Below, in pieces: positions 63,308 through 64,000 of a DNA stretch of 64,000 bases. Made by a program: the position numbers and the translations under genes. This DNA comes from a virus (taxonomy: Duplodnaviria; Caudoviricetes). Location of the stretch: the IMG/VR virus record IMGVR_UViG_3300034374_009547, one strand, 5' to 3'. The notes beneath the pieces are model-generated. The model was not told the DNA's origin. It saw only the letters and a list, made by a program, of their open reading frames with translations, and made no database searches. Within the stretch, counting starts at the first letter, position 1. Every line of letters starts with the position of its first letter.

Positions 63308-63999
63308 TACAAATTGTTACTACCCCATTCAAACATTTCAAACATTATTTTATTTTCAACTTCTTTACTATTAGGAATAGTAATTTCAAATTTTTGAAAT
63401 TGATATTTGACGTTTAAAGGTATGCTAACTTTTTCTCCATCTAAATCTTGTGTGTGTTTTTGTAACCTTTCTAAAAATAAATCGATCCTAAAGCGGTCTT
63501 CTGGTACATCACTATTCCATCTTAAATATCCGTTAGGATCCCATCTATTAAAGTTACCATGTTTTACCATACATTGTAGTCCATGATGTTTTTCTTTTCC
63601 AACAAAAAATGCATATAATTTTTTATCTGCATATATGTCCTGTATGTCTTGTAAACTTTTTATTGTTTTTAAAACTTTGCCATTATCATTAAAAAATTGT
63701 GGAACTACTCTAATTACACAACAAGGCTTGTTAAGCCAAATTAATGAGTTCATAAGTGTGTTACCAGGATGAACTCTACTAGGCCAAATGTATACTGGAT
63801 AAACATTTACAGAATTCTTATACAAATCACAGCATAATTCAATTATTTGGGTTGCACGCCGTTGACATTCGTCAGCTACAAAACATTTAAATAATTTCAT
63901 GTCTGTATAACCTAAATACTTGTGTGGCGGATCGAGCCATTCTTTTCCTTTTACATACTTGTGCTGATCATACCATTCATGTGTTTTATAATATACAAA
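63307..63999 (-). CDS. Hypothetical protein, 5'-truncated by the window edge
   Basis: The frame of ORF 63307..63900 stays open to 63999 (FVYYKTHEWYDQHKYVKGKEWLDPPHKYLGYTD-MKLF...). Confidence 0.7.
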   Translation of the reverse strand, partial: FVYYKTHEWYDQHKYVKGKEWLDPPHKYLGYTDMKLFKCFVADECQRRATQIIELCCDLYKNSVNVYPVYIWPSRVHPGNTLMNSLIWLNKPCCVIRVVPQFFNDNGKVLKTIKSLQDIQDIYADKKLYAFFVGKEKHHGLQCMVKHGNFNRWDPNGYLRWNSDVPEDRFRIDLFLERLQKHTQDLDGEKVSIPLNVKYQFQKFEITIPNSKEVENKIMFEMFEWGSNNL

Positions 64000-64000
64000 T

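Noticed and set aside
36355-63999. RiPP cluster (rSAM-SPASM maturases with a precursor peptide)
   Set aside because: The only gaps (38306-38336, 48451-48482, 62022-62032) are too short for a precursor, and no peptidase or transporter is in the array. A distant precursor cannot be excluded.
1-64000. Alternative genetic code or stop-codon recoding
   Set aside because: Conserved enzymes (PolB, FolE, QueE, AsnB, rSAMs) are full length under the standard bacterial code, and TAA, TGA and TAG all act as stops.
1-64000. tRNA, rRNA, integrase or transposase
   Set aside because: No cloverleaf-sized intergenic space, rRNA signature or recombinase/transposase motif was seen. A tRNAscan run would confirm.

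Overview
This is a gene-dense, AT-rich 64 kb segment of a large T4-like tailed dsDNA phage genome. The evidence for that is sigma70 promoters, Shine-Dalgarno sites, overlapping operons, a family-B DNA polymerase, a putative sliding clamp, a T4 RNase H-like flap nuclease and a tail-fibre-like protein. Host and habitat cannot be read from the sequence. The left half (+ strand, 1-36.4 kb) holds the replication genes interleaved with nucleotide-sugar enzymes and a 7-deazaguanine pathway (TGT/DpdA-like, QueD, FolE, QueE). That pathway brackets tailoring enzymes: a GT4 glycosyltransferase, GalE, 2OG-Fe(II) oxygenases, a radical SAM enzyme, a PLP enzyme, an amidinotransferase and a purine PRTase. After it come a GIY-YIG nuclease, a MoxR/vWA pair, a tail-fibre-like protein and a 999-aa subtilase. 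The right half (mostly - strand, 36.4-64 kb) is a nearly gap-free array with 14 radical SAM enzymes, 11 of them with an N-terminal twitch/SPASM-like module. These are mixed with 2 QueC-like PP-loop enzymes, 2 FkbM methyltransferases, 5 SGNH proteins, an SDR, a nitroreductase, a 2OG oxygenase, a PLP enzyme and AsnB. The two strongest candidates for an undescribed system are (1) a clamp-tethered, probably hypermodified 7-deazaguanine DNA modification, since the TGT-like protein ends in the same LF(D/E)WG tail as the polymerase and its gene abuts the clamp gene, and (2) the modular radical-SAM tailoring array of unknown substrate. All calls come from motif recognition by eye. No database searches were run.
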